From a virus, in the IMG/VR virus record IMGVR_UViG_3300017960_000013: DNA of 64,000 nucleotides; one strand, 5' to 3'. The position numbers and the translations under genes were made by a program. This document shows, one piece after another, positions 38,834-47,733 of this stretch. Below the pieces are notes generated by a model. That model was not told the DNA's origin. It ran no database searches and was given only the letters and a program-made list of their open reading frames with translations. How positions within the stretch are numbered: the first letter of the stretch is position 1; each line of letters starts with the position of its first letter.

Positions 38834-39855
38834 TACATTGCCTTTGAATATTCGTCCCATCGGCGGTAAGCAAACACGTTTCCCTTATGCCTTACAGAAG
38901 CTTTCCCTTCGCCCATCATATCTTTTGGGTTAACGTTCACATAAAAAGCGCTACCCGTCTGACGGCCTTGTGGCGTCGATTTGCTATCCAAAATAATCTT
39001 CATTGGCCGGTGCTTGACCAAAGAAGGGATCAATTCTTTCAATTGCCTGTCGCTCAATCTATCCAATATGTTGTGAAATTCAGAAGGAACCAAATTCATC
39101 GCTTGATACTTCAATGGATTCTTACTTTTGTCGTGACGGATTCCGGAAACAACCTTATTGAAATCTGTCATGAAATCATTGATGAGTTCCTTCTCCGACA
39201 ATCTATAAACGTAAAAGCCATCCTTTCGAATTTGTCTTTTCTTCTTGAAAAACTCTTGAACTTCCGTTTTTGGTAATCCGTCGATTGCCTTTTCCAGCGC
39301 TTCGTATTTATCAATTTGCCTGCCATACCATGCGTTGAAATTTCTCGCGACAACGTTCAAAAATCCTTCTACAAGATTCTGAAGTTTTTTCTGTTTTATA
39401 TAATGCGATTCTCCAGCGCGTGCGTCAAAGAAAAAATACTCGTCACGGATTGCTTTGAGCAAACGCCCAACTCCACCTTTCCAAGCTTGACAAAGTTCAA
39501 CCTTTCCGTTGCGGTAAGTAAGCTTGACAACAAAAGTACCGTTTGCCTTGCCTTCTTTATCTGTGAAACCAACCTTGAGATCAAATGGCGTATCTTGTCT
39601 TGGAAGTCTGTCTCTATCCCAAAAGAAAACAACAGGATACTTTTTGAGTTTGTACGTCGCTGGTAATATTTCAACCCTTTCGTCTCGCAATGTGAATTCA
39701 ACAATATCCTTGTTAGTTATCTTTTCGGAGAATCCTGCGTTGGGCAAGCTACGATAAATCTTATCCAGCTTTTGATTCTTTTCACGTTCGCTTGCCCCCG
39801 TTACCCGACGGGCAAGTAACGCGTTGATTGTTTTCAACTCATTCAAGACGTTCAT
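38833..39855 (-). CDS. hypothetical protein with degenerate leader
   Basis: MNVLNELKTINALLAR, 340 aa. Confidence 0.7.
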   Translation of the reverse strand: MNVLNELKTINALLARRVTGASEREKNQKLDKIYRSLPNAGFSEKITNKDIVEFTLRDERVEILPATYKLKKYPVVFFWDRDRLPRQDTPFDLKVGFTDKEGKANGTFVVKLTYRNGKVELCQAWKGGVGRLLKAIRDEYFFFDARAGESHYIKQKKLQNLVEGFLNVVARNFNAWYGRQIDKYEALEKAIDGLPKTEVQEFFKKKRQIRKDGFYVYRLSEKELINDFMTDFNKVVSGIRHDKSKNPLKYQAMNLVPSEFHNILDRLSDRQLKELIPSLVKHRPMKIILDSKSTPQGRQTGSAFYVNVNPKDMMGEGKASVRHKGNVFAYRRWDEYSKAM

Positions 39856-40241
39856 AGTCGTTTGTATCCTAATGCTTCAAGCTTTCTTGTTGCTTCGTTT
39901 GTTTTATCCATTGGAACCTTGATCTCAAATTTCATACGCAATTCAAAATCACCGGGAATCGTTATGATGTTCCTGCCAATTTTTGCAAACGTTCTTATTG
40001 TTGACTTATCTGACCTGTATGTTTCTTCAAGCATCTCTTTTTCTTTATAATCTTGTGAAGGATGTTTTCCGTGCGCTTCGTCAGACCAATCGAGGTCTAC
40101 CGACAACGTCCAACGTACTTGCTTCTGCCGCATCCTCCCTCGCGGCATACGCATGAAGTACCATTTTTCGACTTTGTATTTAGCCGTCAATAGCTTTGCG
40201 ATCTTTAGCAATTCAGAAGCTATTTTCATTTCTTGCTCCAA
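39852..40241 (-). CDS. leader-bearing hypothetical protein
   Basis: MEQEMKIASELLKIAKLLTA. Confidence 0.72.
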   Translation of the reverse strand: MEQEMKIASELLKIAKLLTAKYKVEKWYFMRMPRGRMRQKQVRWTLSVDLDWSDEAHGKHPSQDYKEKEMLEETYRSDKSTIRTFAKIGRNIITIPGDFELRMKFEIKVPMDKTNEATRKLEALGYKRL

Positions 40242-40275
40242 ACCTTTTCTCCTCTGGATTCAATTACTTCCATAA

Positions 40276-40635
40276 CTAAATCTCTAAATCTTCGGCACGC
40301 CCGGCAATGAATGCTTTAGCAACCCTTGAAGCAATGACGTCTTCAGATAACATCTCTTGAACTTCGTCCGCGCCCTCTTCAAGAAATTCACGTTCCCCTG
40401 AATCAAAACGATTCAACAATTCTTGAAATTCTCCCACATGAACTTTTTCTTCGTCAGCAATGTCTTGAAAAACCTTTTTAACATATTGCAATTCAGAAGC
40501 ATCCGCATAAGCTTCATACAAGTGAACCGCTTCTTCTTCAGCCGCAATAGATTGCCGAAGCGCCCGTTGTAATTCGCGCAAATTCATTGGGCGACCAAGG
40601 TCTTTCACTTGAAACGGATTGAGAAATTCAGGCAT
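40276..40635 (-). CDS. ferritin-like protein of the encapsulin-cargo (EncFtn/Flp) type
   Basis: LRQSIAAEEEAVHLYE...DIADEEKVHVGEFQELL di-iron ExxH motifs; C-terminal tail VIASRVAKAFIAG. Confidence 0.8.
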   Translation of the reverse strand: MPEFLNPFQVKDLGRPMNLRELQRALRQSIAAEEEAVHLYEAYADASELQYVKKVFQDIADEEKVHVGEFQELLNRFDSGEREFLEEGADEVQEMLSEDVIASRVAKAFIAGRAEDLEI

Positions 40636-40927
40636 CGTCCTTTCCCTCTTTGATAAGTTCCTTTGCAATCTTTACCAGCTCAGCCGCCATATGATGTTCT
40701 GGTGGGTGAACGTCCAAGACATCTTCAATTTCATCCAGCTCTTCCATGATTTCTTCTTGGTTTTCAAGAATCTGCTCAACGGGATCAGCTTCAACAGGCT
40801 CCTCGACGGCGTTACTCATTGGACATTCGGGCGTTCCACCCATCGGCCCGGTTCCATCGGGAATCCCCGGACCCAAAAGCGAACCAGCCAATTTTAACAG
40901 TCGTTGCGCAAGTTGTTTGTCGTTCAT
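40628..40927 (-). CDS. acidic protein with the leader motif at both ends
   Basis: MNDKQLAQRLLKLAGSLLG ... HMAAELVKIAKELIKE. Confidence 0.7.
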   Translation of the reverse strand: MNDKQLAQRLLKLAGSLLGPGIPDGTGPMGGTPECPMSNAVEEPVEADPVEQILENQEEIMEELDEIEDVLDVHPPEHHMAAELVKIAKELIKEGKDDA

Positions 40928-40949
40928 GATTTAACGCTCCATTAAATGT

Positions 40950-41513
40950 TTATGCTTTTTTCACTTCCCAAAAGGTAATTTTTTCTGCGCCACTTCCACG
41001 GGACCAACGGCCATTGAAAGGATAATACCACGGACCTTTGGAACCGCTTGGCAAACTTTCAACCCACATGTAAATTCCGTGACCGTATGGCAAGTTCAAC
41101 TTATCGTCGATTTTCTCAAGCTCTCTCATATTCTTCACGCCATATTTCTTTTTGACGTCTTTCAAAGTATTGAAGACGACTCCGCCATCTCCGTATTTCG
41201 GAGTCACATCGGAATAGCCAAGCAAACGAATTATGTCTTGACCTTGGTTGCCGCCCTTGTAAGACATTCCATATATCTTACCCTTGGCCATTCTATTGGC
41301 GCGTATGGTTCTTACAAATTCATAGCCTTGATAGGTGTTTTTGAAACCGGGTCCAAGCGACGCGCCAGAAATCAATTTTGAGACCTTTGCTATTTCTTTT
41401 GCTGCCGCTTGTTCGTCCCAAATTTCTTTTCGTTCGATACTCCCGTCCTTGTTCCACTTTGTAAAACGGATAACCTCGGCAATCTTCAAAAGTTCTCTCA
41501 CGAGTTTTTTCAT
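40950..41513 (-). CDS. double-leader hypothetical protein
   Basis: MKKLVRELLKIAEVI ... AAAKEIAKVSKLISG. Confidence 0.7.
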   Translation of the reverse strand: MKKLVRELLKIAEVIRFTKWNKDGSIERKEIWDEQAAAKEIAKVSKLISGASLGPGFKNTYQGYEFVRTIRANRMAKGKIYGMSYKGGNQGQDIIRLLGYSDVTPKYGDGGVVFNTLKDVKKKYGVKNMRELEKIDDKLNLPYGHGIYMWVESLPSGSKGPWYYPFNGRWSRGSGAEKITFWEVKKA

Positions 41514-41929
41514 TCTACACCTGCTTCCTCTTCCATTTTCTTAAGGCGCGTATAATAATCAGAAATTTCTGCAAGATGGTCCAAAGCAATACGCTTTGAT
41601 ACTTTTGGGTTGGGCGTATGTTCGTACTCAATTTCAATGCCCATTTTCAATTCTTCAGGGTCGGCGTCTTCTTCTTTGAAGCCTTCCTTGTTTGCAAGAC
41701 CGTCTTTCCAAAACTCAACAAATAAGGTTGCCAACCTGTAAGCCGCTGCTTCAGCTTCATGCTTATCCACGCCTGCCTTTTCTGCCCATTCGTGGAAATC
41801 GTCATCTGAGGGTTTTGGATTTTCATGCAAGAAGTCAGCCACCTTGCCCATCATATCATCAACGACTTCCTCTGCGACAAGTTCTCTTGCAAGCTTGATC
41901 AATTCAACCGCTAACTTTTTGTTTCTCAT
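41510..41929 (-). CDS. leader-bearing protein with DUF5661-like C-terminal domain
   Basis: MRNKKLAVELIKLARELVA; ELKMGIEIEYEHT..IALDHLAEISDYYTRLKKME. Confidence 0.7.
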   Translation of the reverse strand: MRNKKLAVELIKLARELVAEEVVDDMMGKVADFLHENPKPSDDDFHEWAEKAGVDKHEAEAAAYRLATLFVEFWKDGLANKEGFKEEDADPEELKMGIEIEYEHTPNPKVSKRIALDHLAEISDYYTRLKKMEEEAGVE

Positions 41930-42063
41930 TGTTTTGTCCTCTTGCCTTTGATTTCATCACTCAACTGTTCCCGCCTTCTTTCATGCTCGGTCATTTCCTC
42001 ATCCAATGCCATAATCTGCCGAGCATAACGAACCAGCGTTCCTGCTTCAATTTGATGTGCCAT
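41926..42063 (-). CDS. 45-aa internally deleted paralog of 43020..43463 (not in the ORF track)
   Basis: Hand translation MAHQIEAGTLVRYARQIMALDEEMTEHERRREQLSDEIKGKRTKQ. Confidence 0.65.
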   Translation of the reverse strand: MAHQIEAGTLVRYARQIMALDEEMTEHERRREQLSDEIKGKRTKQ

Positions 42064-42074
42064 TCATATTCTCC

Positions 42075-42497
42075 TTAAAGGAATTTACTTACTTTCTTGA
42101 ACTTCATCTCTCCTACTGCATCCATTGCTTCGGCTGCAATGAATTTCAAATCATCTTTGTCTTCGGCAACGTCTTGTAAATCAAAATCCATCCACGCTTC
42201 AAAACGCGGCGCATTCTTACCAAGCAACAACTGCAAAGAACCGGAACTACTCCCTATCCTTCCCCTTCCTACAGCGTCCTCAACTTTTTTCTTGACTGAG
42301 TTTTTCTCATTTGCAATAATACTGCCCAATTTTTGCAAGTCACTGCAAACCCACGAAGCAGCATCCTGATGCTGCAAAAGGTAAATCCAAACAATCTTAA
42401 CGTTACCAAACTGATCGATTTTTGCAAACCTTGAGATTGCTCTTGCTCTATGCAAGCTTTTTGCTATTTTGATTAGTTCAGCAGCGACCTTTTCCAT
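42075..42497 (-). CDS. leader-bearing hypothetical protein
   Basis: MEKVAAELIKIAKSL. Confidence 0.72.
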   Translation of the reverse strand: MEKVAAELIKIAKSLHRARAISRFAKIDQFGNVKIVWIYLLQHQDAASWVCSDLQKLGSIIANEKNSVKKKVEDAVGRGRIGSSSGSLQLLLGKNAPRFEAWMDFDLQDVAEDKDDLKFIAAEAMDAVGEMKFKKVSKFL

Positions 42498-42498
42498 T

Positions 42499-43023
42499 TC
42501 AAACTCCTTGCTTGATCAACCGAATGAAATTCACCAACGTGTTTTCTTCCGTCCCCGACTTTCCATCTGGCGTTTTATAATTGTACTTAATTCTTGGGGA
42601 TGATTTTTCTGGACGCGCATGAAAAATGCTAATCCAAACACCCTTCACTTCAATATTCGTTCCACCCCTTGCTCTAAACTTCGTCCCCTTCTCCAATTTG
42701 TTTGGCAGTTCCAAAGGTATTTCTTTTTTCAAATCAGGCAAATAAATTATCACTACGGGGTTTTCAATATCCCTTACTTTCTTCGCTTCAATACTCAAAC
42801 TCTTGACCTTGATTCCCTTCCGTTCCAAACGCCCAACAGCATCATCCAACGCCTTGCTTTGCTTCTTTGTATGAGTTGCTTCAAACGCGGCATATTCTTT
42901 GTTGGAAGGCTTTGAGCGATAAGCGTATTCTTTTCCCAAAGCGTAAGCTACGTCAGAAAGTTCCGCTGCGAGCAACAACTTAGCTACCTTTACCAATTCA
43001 ACCGCTAACTTTTTGTTTCTCAT
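42499..43023 (-). CDS. leader-bearing protein; C-terminal domain shared with 48193..48465
   Basis: MRNKKLAVELVKVAKLLLAA; KGTKF...GTEENTL.NF. Confidence 0.72.
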   Translation of the reverse strand: MRNKKLAVELVKVAKLLLAAELSDVAYALGKEYAYRSKPSNKEYAAFEATHTKKQSKALDDAVGRLERKGIKVKSLSIEAKKVRDIENPVVIIYLPDLKKEIPLELPNKLEKGTKFRARGGTNIEVKGVWISIFHARPEKSSPRIKYNYKTPDGKSGTEENTLVNFIRLIKQGV

Positions 43024-43463
43024 TGTTTTGTCCTTTTGCCTTTGATTTCTTCGCTCAACTGTTCCCGCTTAATCCTATCAAACTCACTACGTATCCCTTT
43101 TCCCAACTTTTCAAGTTGATTCCAACTATGTTTTACCGTTGAGGCTAATTTCTTTTCTCCACGATTCTCCGCAAGGTCGCCTAATAAACTTAACCCGTCG
43201 TGAATCTGATTTACCAATTCTTTCCGGGCTTCAGCCCTTTTGAACGCTACGTCCAATTCGTCATCCATTGCCTTCATTGCTTTCTTGTCTACGCCGCTCA
43301 AATCTATTCCGGCTTTATGTAAAGCCTTCCATTGAAGATGTTTTGCCACTACTAACAGTTGTTTGGCAAACACTCTTCTTTCGTGCTCTGTCATTTCCTC
43401 ATCCAAGGCCATAATCTGTCGCGCATAACGAACCAGCGTTCCTGCTTCAGTTTGACGTCCCAC
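43020..43463 (-). CDS. helical hypothetical protein
   Basis: 147 aa; internal VFAKQLLVVAKHL motif copy. Confidence 0.65.
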   Translation of the reverse strand: MGRQTEAGTLVRYARQIMALDEEMTEHERRVFAKQLLVVAKHLQWKALHKAGIDLSGVDKKAMKAMDDELDVAFKRAEARKELVNQIHDGLSLLGDLAENRGEKKLASTVKHSWNQLEKLGKGIRSEFDRIKREQLSEEIKGKRTKQ

Positions 43464-43485
43464 CTCATAATCTCCTTAAAGGAAT

Positions 43486-43830
43486 TTACAGCATTGCTCG
43501 TTGTGTAGAATCTCGCGTATTGCTTATTTCAGCGTCTAACTTGCTTTTGAAGCCTCTTGCTTTTTTCAAAGACGCCATTGCCTTCTCTACCAGACGCAAC
43601 GTCTCTTGCGCTGGAATATCAAAAACCATACCGCCCTTTCTGAAATACCGCTTTGCTAATTCAAGCTCAAGCCCTGTACGATGAAGGTCGTATTTGTTTA
43701 TCGCCCTCACCGCATTTTGTAAAGCGTTTTGATAATTCTTCATTGCGTCTTTACGAATCTTCTCAACGTCCACAGCCGACAAAAGACTCGCTACCTTTAA
43801 TAATTCAGCCGCTACTTTTTTGTTTTCCAT
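43486..43830 (-). CDS. leader-bearing hypothetical protein
   Basis: MENKKVAAELLKVASLLSA. Confidence 0.72.
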   Translation of the reverse strand: MENKKVAAELLKVASLLSAVDVEKIRKDAMKNYQNALQNAVRAINKYDLHRTGLELELAKRYFRKGGMVFDIPAQETLRLVEKAMASLKKARGFKSKLDAEISNTRDSTQRAML

Positions 43831-43922
43831 AGCTCTCTTCCCCTCAAGTTTTTTAAGTAATCGCGAAGGCACTCGCTGCTTTTTCTTGCTTGTCTTGTTA
43901 AATATTTCTTTCGTAGCCATGT

Positions 43923-44267
43923 TCAGTCCCATGGTCCCCAATGTTCTGTCGTTGTTATTTTGTCTAATACTTCTTCCGACGTATACCGAACCGTTTTCTT
44001 TATGTTTCCCAATGCATAGTACAATGCTTTTGGCATCTTGATATCTCTGTCGTTTGATTTATCAATAACCATGCCACCTTTTTCAACCCAAGCATGACCG
44101 TATTTGACTCCCTCAATTGGCCCTTGTCCGGTTACTTCTCCATGCACAAGAACCAATGATTTGTCTCCATTTTTACCAAATGCATTGTCGACAATATATG
44201 TTCCCGCTGCTCGATAGCAGTCGCCGCCTTTGTTCTCTGATGGTACCGCAACTCCCATTCGGCGCAT
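43923..44267 (-). CDS. small papain/transglutaminase-like fold protein (Cys-His)
   Basis: GDCY...LVHG...GHAWVE..IDKS. Confidence 0.5.
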   Translation of the reverse strand: MRRMGVAVPSENKGGDCYRAAGTYIVDNAFGKNGDKSLVLVHGEVTGQGPIEGVKYGHAWVEKGGMVIDKSNDRDIKMPKALYYALGNIKKTVRYTSEEVLDKITTTEHWGPWD

Positions 44268-44269
44268 TG

Positions 44270-45349
44270 CTATTCACTCACCGTTTCGCCAATGGCCATT
44301 CCACAATTGTAGTGGACGCCCGGAGCCGCTGAAATCACTACGTTGCTTTGTTCTTCAAACAACATGATGATATCTGAACCCCCAAACATAAAGTAACCAA
44401 ACTCTTCACCCTTATTAAGATAGCTCCCGACCACTGCCGTCATATTGACGCTGCTTACCTGCGCCATTCCGATTGGCAATACTGCTACCAATCCAATTGG
44501 AGAGTCGAATACAATCAAACCACGCGTTTGAGTGAACTCGTATCCAGCCCCGTCAGGAGCTGAAAACTTGCCGTCTTGGATTTTCACTTGCAGATAAACG
44601 TTCTGTTGTATTGCGCGACACTCCAAAACCGTACCACGTACTGGAGCGCGAAACCTGTGATAATCATTCGGCCCCAAAAATGCATGATAGAACATCCCAC
44701 CCTTGAAGCGCTCCTGATATGGACTACCTTCCAGCAAATCCAGTATTTTGTATTTGTGCGTGAGTTTTATGACGACTTCGTTGTCCTCGCCTATCGGGAA
44801 CTTCCGCACGAATGTCGAATCAGCAGACGAACATACAATGTTGTCATCAAACATCCCTGCCACCGGCCTCAAACCCGGCTTGATTTCCCTTGCGAAAAAT
44901 TGATTGAACGTTCTCCAACCGCTCGGATTGGGCATGTAATCGCCAGCCCTGAAAGCAGGATCATCAACAAAGGTTTGCAAGTCTTTTGCAGATTCGTCCG
45001 TGTTCAAAAAACTGCCCCATTGATTTGCAAAATCACGCATCCACTTGTTGAAGCTTTTGCTCTTCTGTAACTTCTTTCCCGGTGGCTGGTTCAACAGCCA
45101 ATAAAATTCGCACAAATGGTAAAGCACTTCCTCGTCGTAATTCTCCCTTGGAATCCACTTTACCAGTTTTTCCAAATAGGCATAGTAACCATTTTTGCCT
45201 TCAAGACCAACAGGAAACTTATCCGCTCCCCTCAAACCTTCCAACTTTGCTTTCTGTTTTGCTTCAGTAATGGAATCCAACAAAAGCTTTTTCCAATTAT
45301 CAGCTTTGTGTTTTTGAAGCAATACTTTAAGCTCAGTGACTATATTCAT
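44270..45349 (-). CDS. psd: phosphatidylserine decarboxylase-family proenzyme with degenerate leader
   Basis: FNQFFAREIK, SSADS, LGPNDYHRFRAP, self-cleavage FGGSDII; begins MNIVTELKVLL. Confidence 0.85.
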   Translation of the reverse strand: MNIVTELKVLLQKHKADNWKKLLLDSITEAKQKAKLEGLRGADKFPVGLEGKNGYYAYLEKLVKWIPRENYDEEVLYHLCEFYWLLNQPPGKKLQKSKSFNKWMRDFANQWGSFLNTDESAKDLQTFVDDPAFRAGDYMPNPSGWRTFNQFFAREIKPGLRPVAGMFDDNIVCSSADSTFVRKFPIGEDNEVVIKLTHKYKILDLLEGSPYQERFKGGMFYHAFLGPNDYHRFRAPVRGTVLECRAIQQNVYLQVKIQDGKFSAPDGAGYEFTQTRGLIVFDSPIGLVAVLPIGMAQVSSVNMTAVVGSYLNKGEEFGYFMFGGSDIIMLFEEQSNVVISAAPGVHYNCGMAIGETVSE

Positions 45350-45588
45350 TTCTTCGTTCCCGCTACAGAATACTTCAAGAGTTCTCTGGTATTCTTCTCG
45401 ATTTCTTCAAAACGTCCTTCCAAAGCTCCCCAATAACGCTTTGGGTCTTTTTTTACGATGTTTTGTACCTTCTTCAAATTGTCAAGCGAACGTTTCAAAG
45501 CGTTAATCATCGTCACGCTTGCCGCGCCGTTCAAAACCTTTGCAATCTTCAACAACTCTTGAGCAACCTTTTTGTTGTCCATATCCAA
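45346..45588 (-). CDS. leader-bearing small protein
   Basis: MDNKKVAQELLKIAKVLNGA. Confidence 0.72.
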   Translation of the reverse strand: MDMDNKKVAQELLKIAKVLNGAASVTMINALKRSLDNLKKVQNIVKKDPKRYWGALEGRFEEIEKNTRELLKYSVAGTKK

Positions 45589-45593
45589 ATCCT

Positions 45594-46130
45594 TTATATA
45601 AACTCAATCGAATCCGAAGGAACGTCTGTGAACCCGTAACTAACGCGTCCTCTTTTGTTGGTCAAGTTTTTCACCCTTGCACCACGGCTTGAATATCCGC
45701 CAAACTCGCCAGTCATCCCAATTATGCCGGGCATCTCTTTCTCAAGCTTTTTGTTTTTGATAATCCTTACCCTGTCGCCTTTTTTGCCTTCCTTGCTTGT
45801 AAAAGATTTAGCCCTTCTCCCGTGCTTCTGAACGTACTTCTTGAACTCCCTCTTGGCTGCGGGTTGTCTCATATTGGGAGCTAACTGATCTACTTCTTTG
45901 CCACCCTTCAATATGATAGGTGTAACTAAACCTCCCCAACGTACTTCAATGGCTAACTCCCAGTCTCCTATTTTGTCAATCACATTGTAACGCTTAGCAG
46001 ATAAAAGTTTGGCTATCTTCAAAAGCTCTTTCGCAACGCCTTTGTTGTCTACTCTTGCGCTGCCGTCCTCATTTAGTTTTGTACGCCGAATGATTTTGGC
46101 TATAATCAACTCACGCGCAACGTCTTTCAT
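45594..46130 (-). CDS. double-leader hypothetical protein
   Basis: MKDVARELIIAKII ... NKGVAKELLKIAKLLSA. Confidence 0.72.
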   Translation of the reverse strand: MKDVARELIIAKIIRRTKLNEDGSARVDNKGVAKELLKIAKLLSAKRYNVIDKIGDWELAIEVRWGGLVTPIILKGGKEVDQLAPNMRQPAAKREFKKYVQKHGRRAKSFTSKEGKKGDRVRIIKNKKLEKEMPGIIGMTGEFGGYSSRGARVKNLTNKRGRVSYGFTDVPSDSIEFI

Positions 46131-46143
46131 TTCTAAAGTCTCC

Positions 46144-46485
46144 CTATAGCTTTTTCAAAACCTTTTCCCATTGCTCTTTTCTCAAAACAATGCGCTGCGG
46201 CGTAATATTTCCGTAATTTACATTGTCCCAATTCTTCACTCCCGTAACTCCAAGCGTCTTTGCTACCAATACACGAATTTCATTTGGAATCACTTCATCC
46301 TGCCAATTCTTTACCTCAAAACCAACGAAAGGCTTTCTGGATGTTCCTGTCTTACGCTTAAACCTCATCCTTGCCTTGGATTCCAACTTCTTCTGTACGT
46401 CCTTAGCAAACTGTATCAACTCCTCACGCTCTTCACTGATTAACAACTTAGCCATCTTCAAAAGTTCAACGGCGACTTTCTTCAT
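46144..46485 (-). CDS. leader-bearing hypothetical protein
   Basis: MKKVAVELLKMAKLLISE. Confidence 0.72.
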   Translation of the reverse strand: MKKVAVELLKMAKLLISEEREELIQFAKDVQKKLESKARMRFKRKTGTSRKPFVGFEVKNWQDEVIPNEIRVLVAKTLGVTGVKNWDNVNYGNITPQRIVLRKEQWEKVLKKL

Positions 46486-46495
46486 TTCAAATCCT

Positions 46496-46927
46496 TTAGT
46501 AATTCTCAAGCTTGAGATGAGCACGCTCCAAATGCTTTGCGTCCTTTTCCCACAACTTCGCCCGACGCTCGTCTTGCTGATTCTCCCTTACATGCTGCGC
46601 TTTGTCATGACAGATTTGCGCAATCGTATCAATCACGCTCTTCAAACCACGATTGTCGATTATCTTCTCCAAATCGTCTTTGTAAGCTCCTGATAAAACC
46701 TTCGCTGTCTTTGGGTCTGAATAACTTTCAACGCCCTTGAAGTTATCTTTCTTTTCCAGCTTGTCAATGAACTTCTTGCGCGCTTTTTCATCCTTGAAAA
46801 ACTTCTGCTTGGTCTTTATGCGATCGTTGCGGTCAAACTCGCTCCAACGCAAACCCCAATCCTGATAACCGGCAGACAAAAGCTTGGAAATCTTCAAAAG
46901 CTCTTGAGCGACTTTTTTGTTTTCCAT
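46496..46927 (-). CDS. leader-bearing hypothetical protein
   Basis: MENKKVAQELLKISKLLSA. Confidence 0.72.
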   Translation of the reverse strand: MENKKVAQELLKISKLLSAGYQDWGLRWSEFDRNDRIKTKQKFFKDEKARKKFIDKLEKKDNFKGVESYSDPKTAKVLSGAYKDDLEKIIDNRGLKSVIDTIAQICHDKAQHVRENQQDERRAKLWEKDAKHLERAHLKLENY

Positions 46928-47148
46928 TACTCCCCCTTCGCTTCCAATCGCTGTACGTCTTTCGCCGCCTTTGTTATCGCATTGGCAATCGAACGCTTCT
47001 TTGCCTTTGTAGCGACTTCTGCTATGCCTTCCAATGCTAAAGAAAAACTGTGATCAGCAGACATTACAAACCGCTCTGCCTTGTCAGTAATCGCCCCAGC
47101 CTTTACCAATTTAGCAACTTTCAAAAGTTCAAGAGCGACTCCATTCAT
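46927..47148 (-). CDS. leader-bearing small protein
   Basis: MNGVALELLKVAKLVKA. Confidence 0.7.
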   Translation of the reverse strand: MNGVALELLKVAKLVKAGAITDKAERFVMSADHSFSLALEGIAEVATKAKKRSIANAITKAAKDVQRLEAKGE

Positions 47149-47158
47149 TTCAAGAATC

Positions 47159-47386
47159 CTATATGAAATAATACAAACCTTCAGCAGCCTTGTCCAACTG
47201 CTTCATCACTGAATCCAACTTGTTTATTTCTGACTTTGAAATCTCACCCTTCAAGTTCGATATGGCATTCCGAGCCTCTATCACTTTCTTGCGAATAGCT
47301 TTCACTTTGCGAACATCCAAGTCCTTCTGACCAACCAAACTCTTTGCTAACTTCAAAAGCTCAGATGCTATTTTTGCGTTTTCCAT
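47159..47386 (-). CDS. leader-bearing small protein
   Basis: MENAKIASELLKLAKSLVG. Confidence 0.72.
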   Translation of the reverse strand: MENAKIASELLKLAKSLVGQKDLDVRKVKAIRKKVIEARNAISNLKGEISKSEINKLDSVMKQLDKAAEGLYYFI

Positions 47387-47397
47387 CGAACTCTTCC

Positions 47398-47733
47398 TTA
47401 TTTGAACGTAATATCAAAAGGCTTCAATACGCCGTTCTTAGCCACAGACCAAATCATCCTTATTGTTCTGAATCCCAAAGCCTTCTTTACGCCATCGTCG
47501 TAACAATCCCATTCTACCCAAGGCGTCTTATCGCGGAATAAATAACCGTTGATTCCTTCCGCTGAACTCCCAGATGTCGAAAATTCAAATTCTTTGTCGT
47601 CTGGAGCTACTACCGTAAACTTGTTGACTACGTTGGCCATCAATTTCTTTTTGATGCTGCTTTTGTTTATGCGCACCCCAACCAAACTCTTAGCCAACTT
47701 CAAAAGCTCAGATGCTATTTTTTTGTTTTCCAT
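47398..47733 (-). CDS. leader-bearing hypothetical protein
   Basis: MENKKIASELLKLAKSLVG. Confidence 0.72.
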   Translation of the reverse strand: MENKKIASELLKLAKSLVGVRINKSSIKKKLMANVVNKFTVVAPDDKEFEFSTSGSSAEGINGYLFRDKTPWVEWDCYDDGVKKALGFRTIRMIWSVAKNGVLKPFDITFK

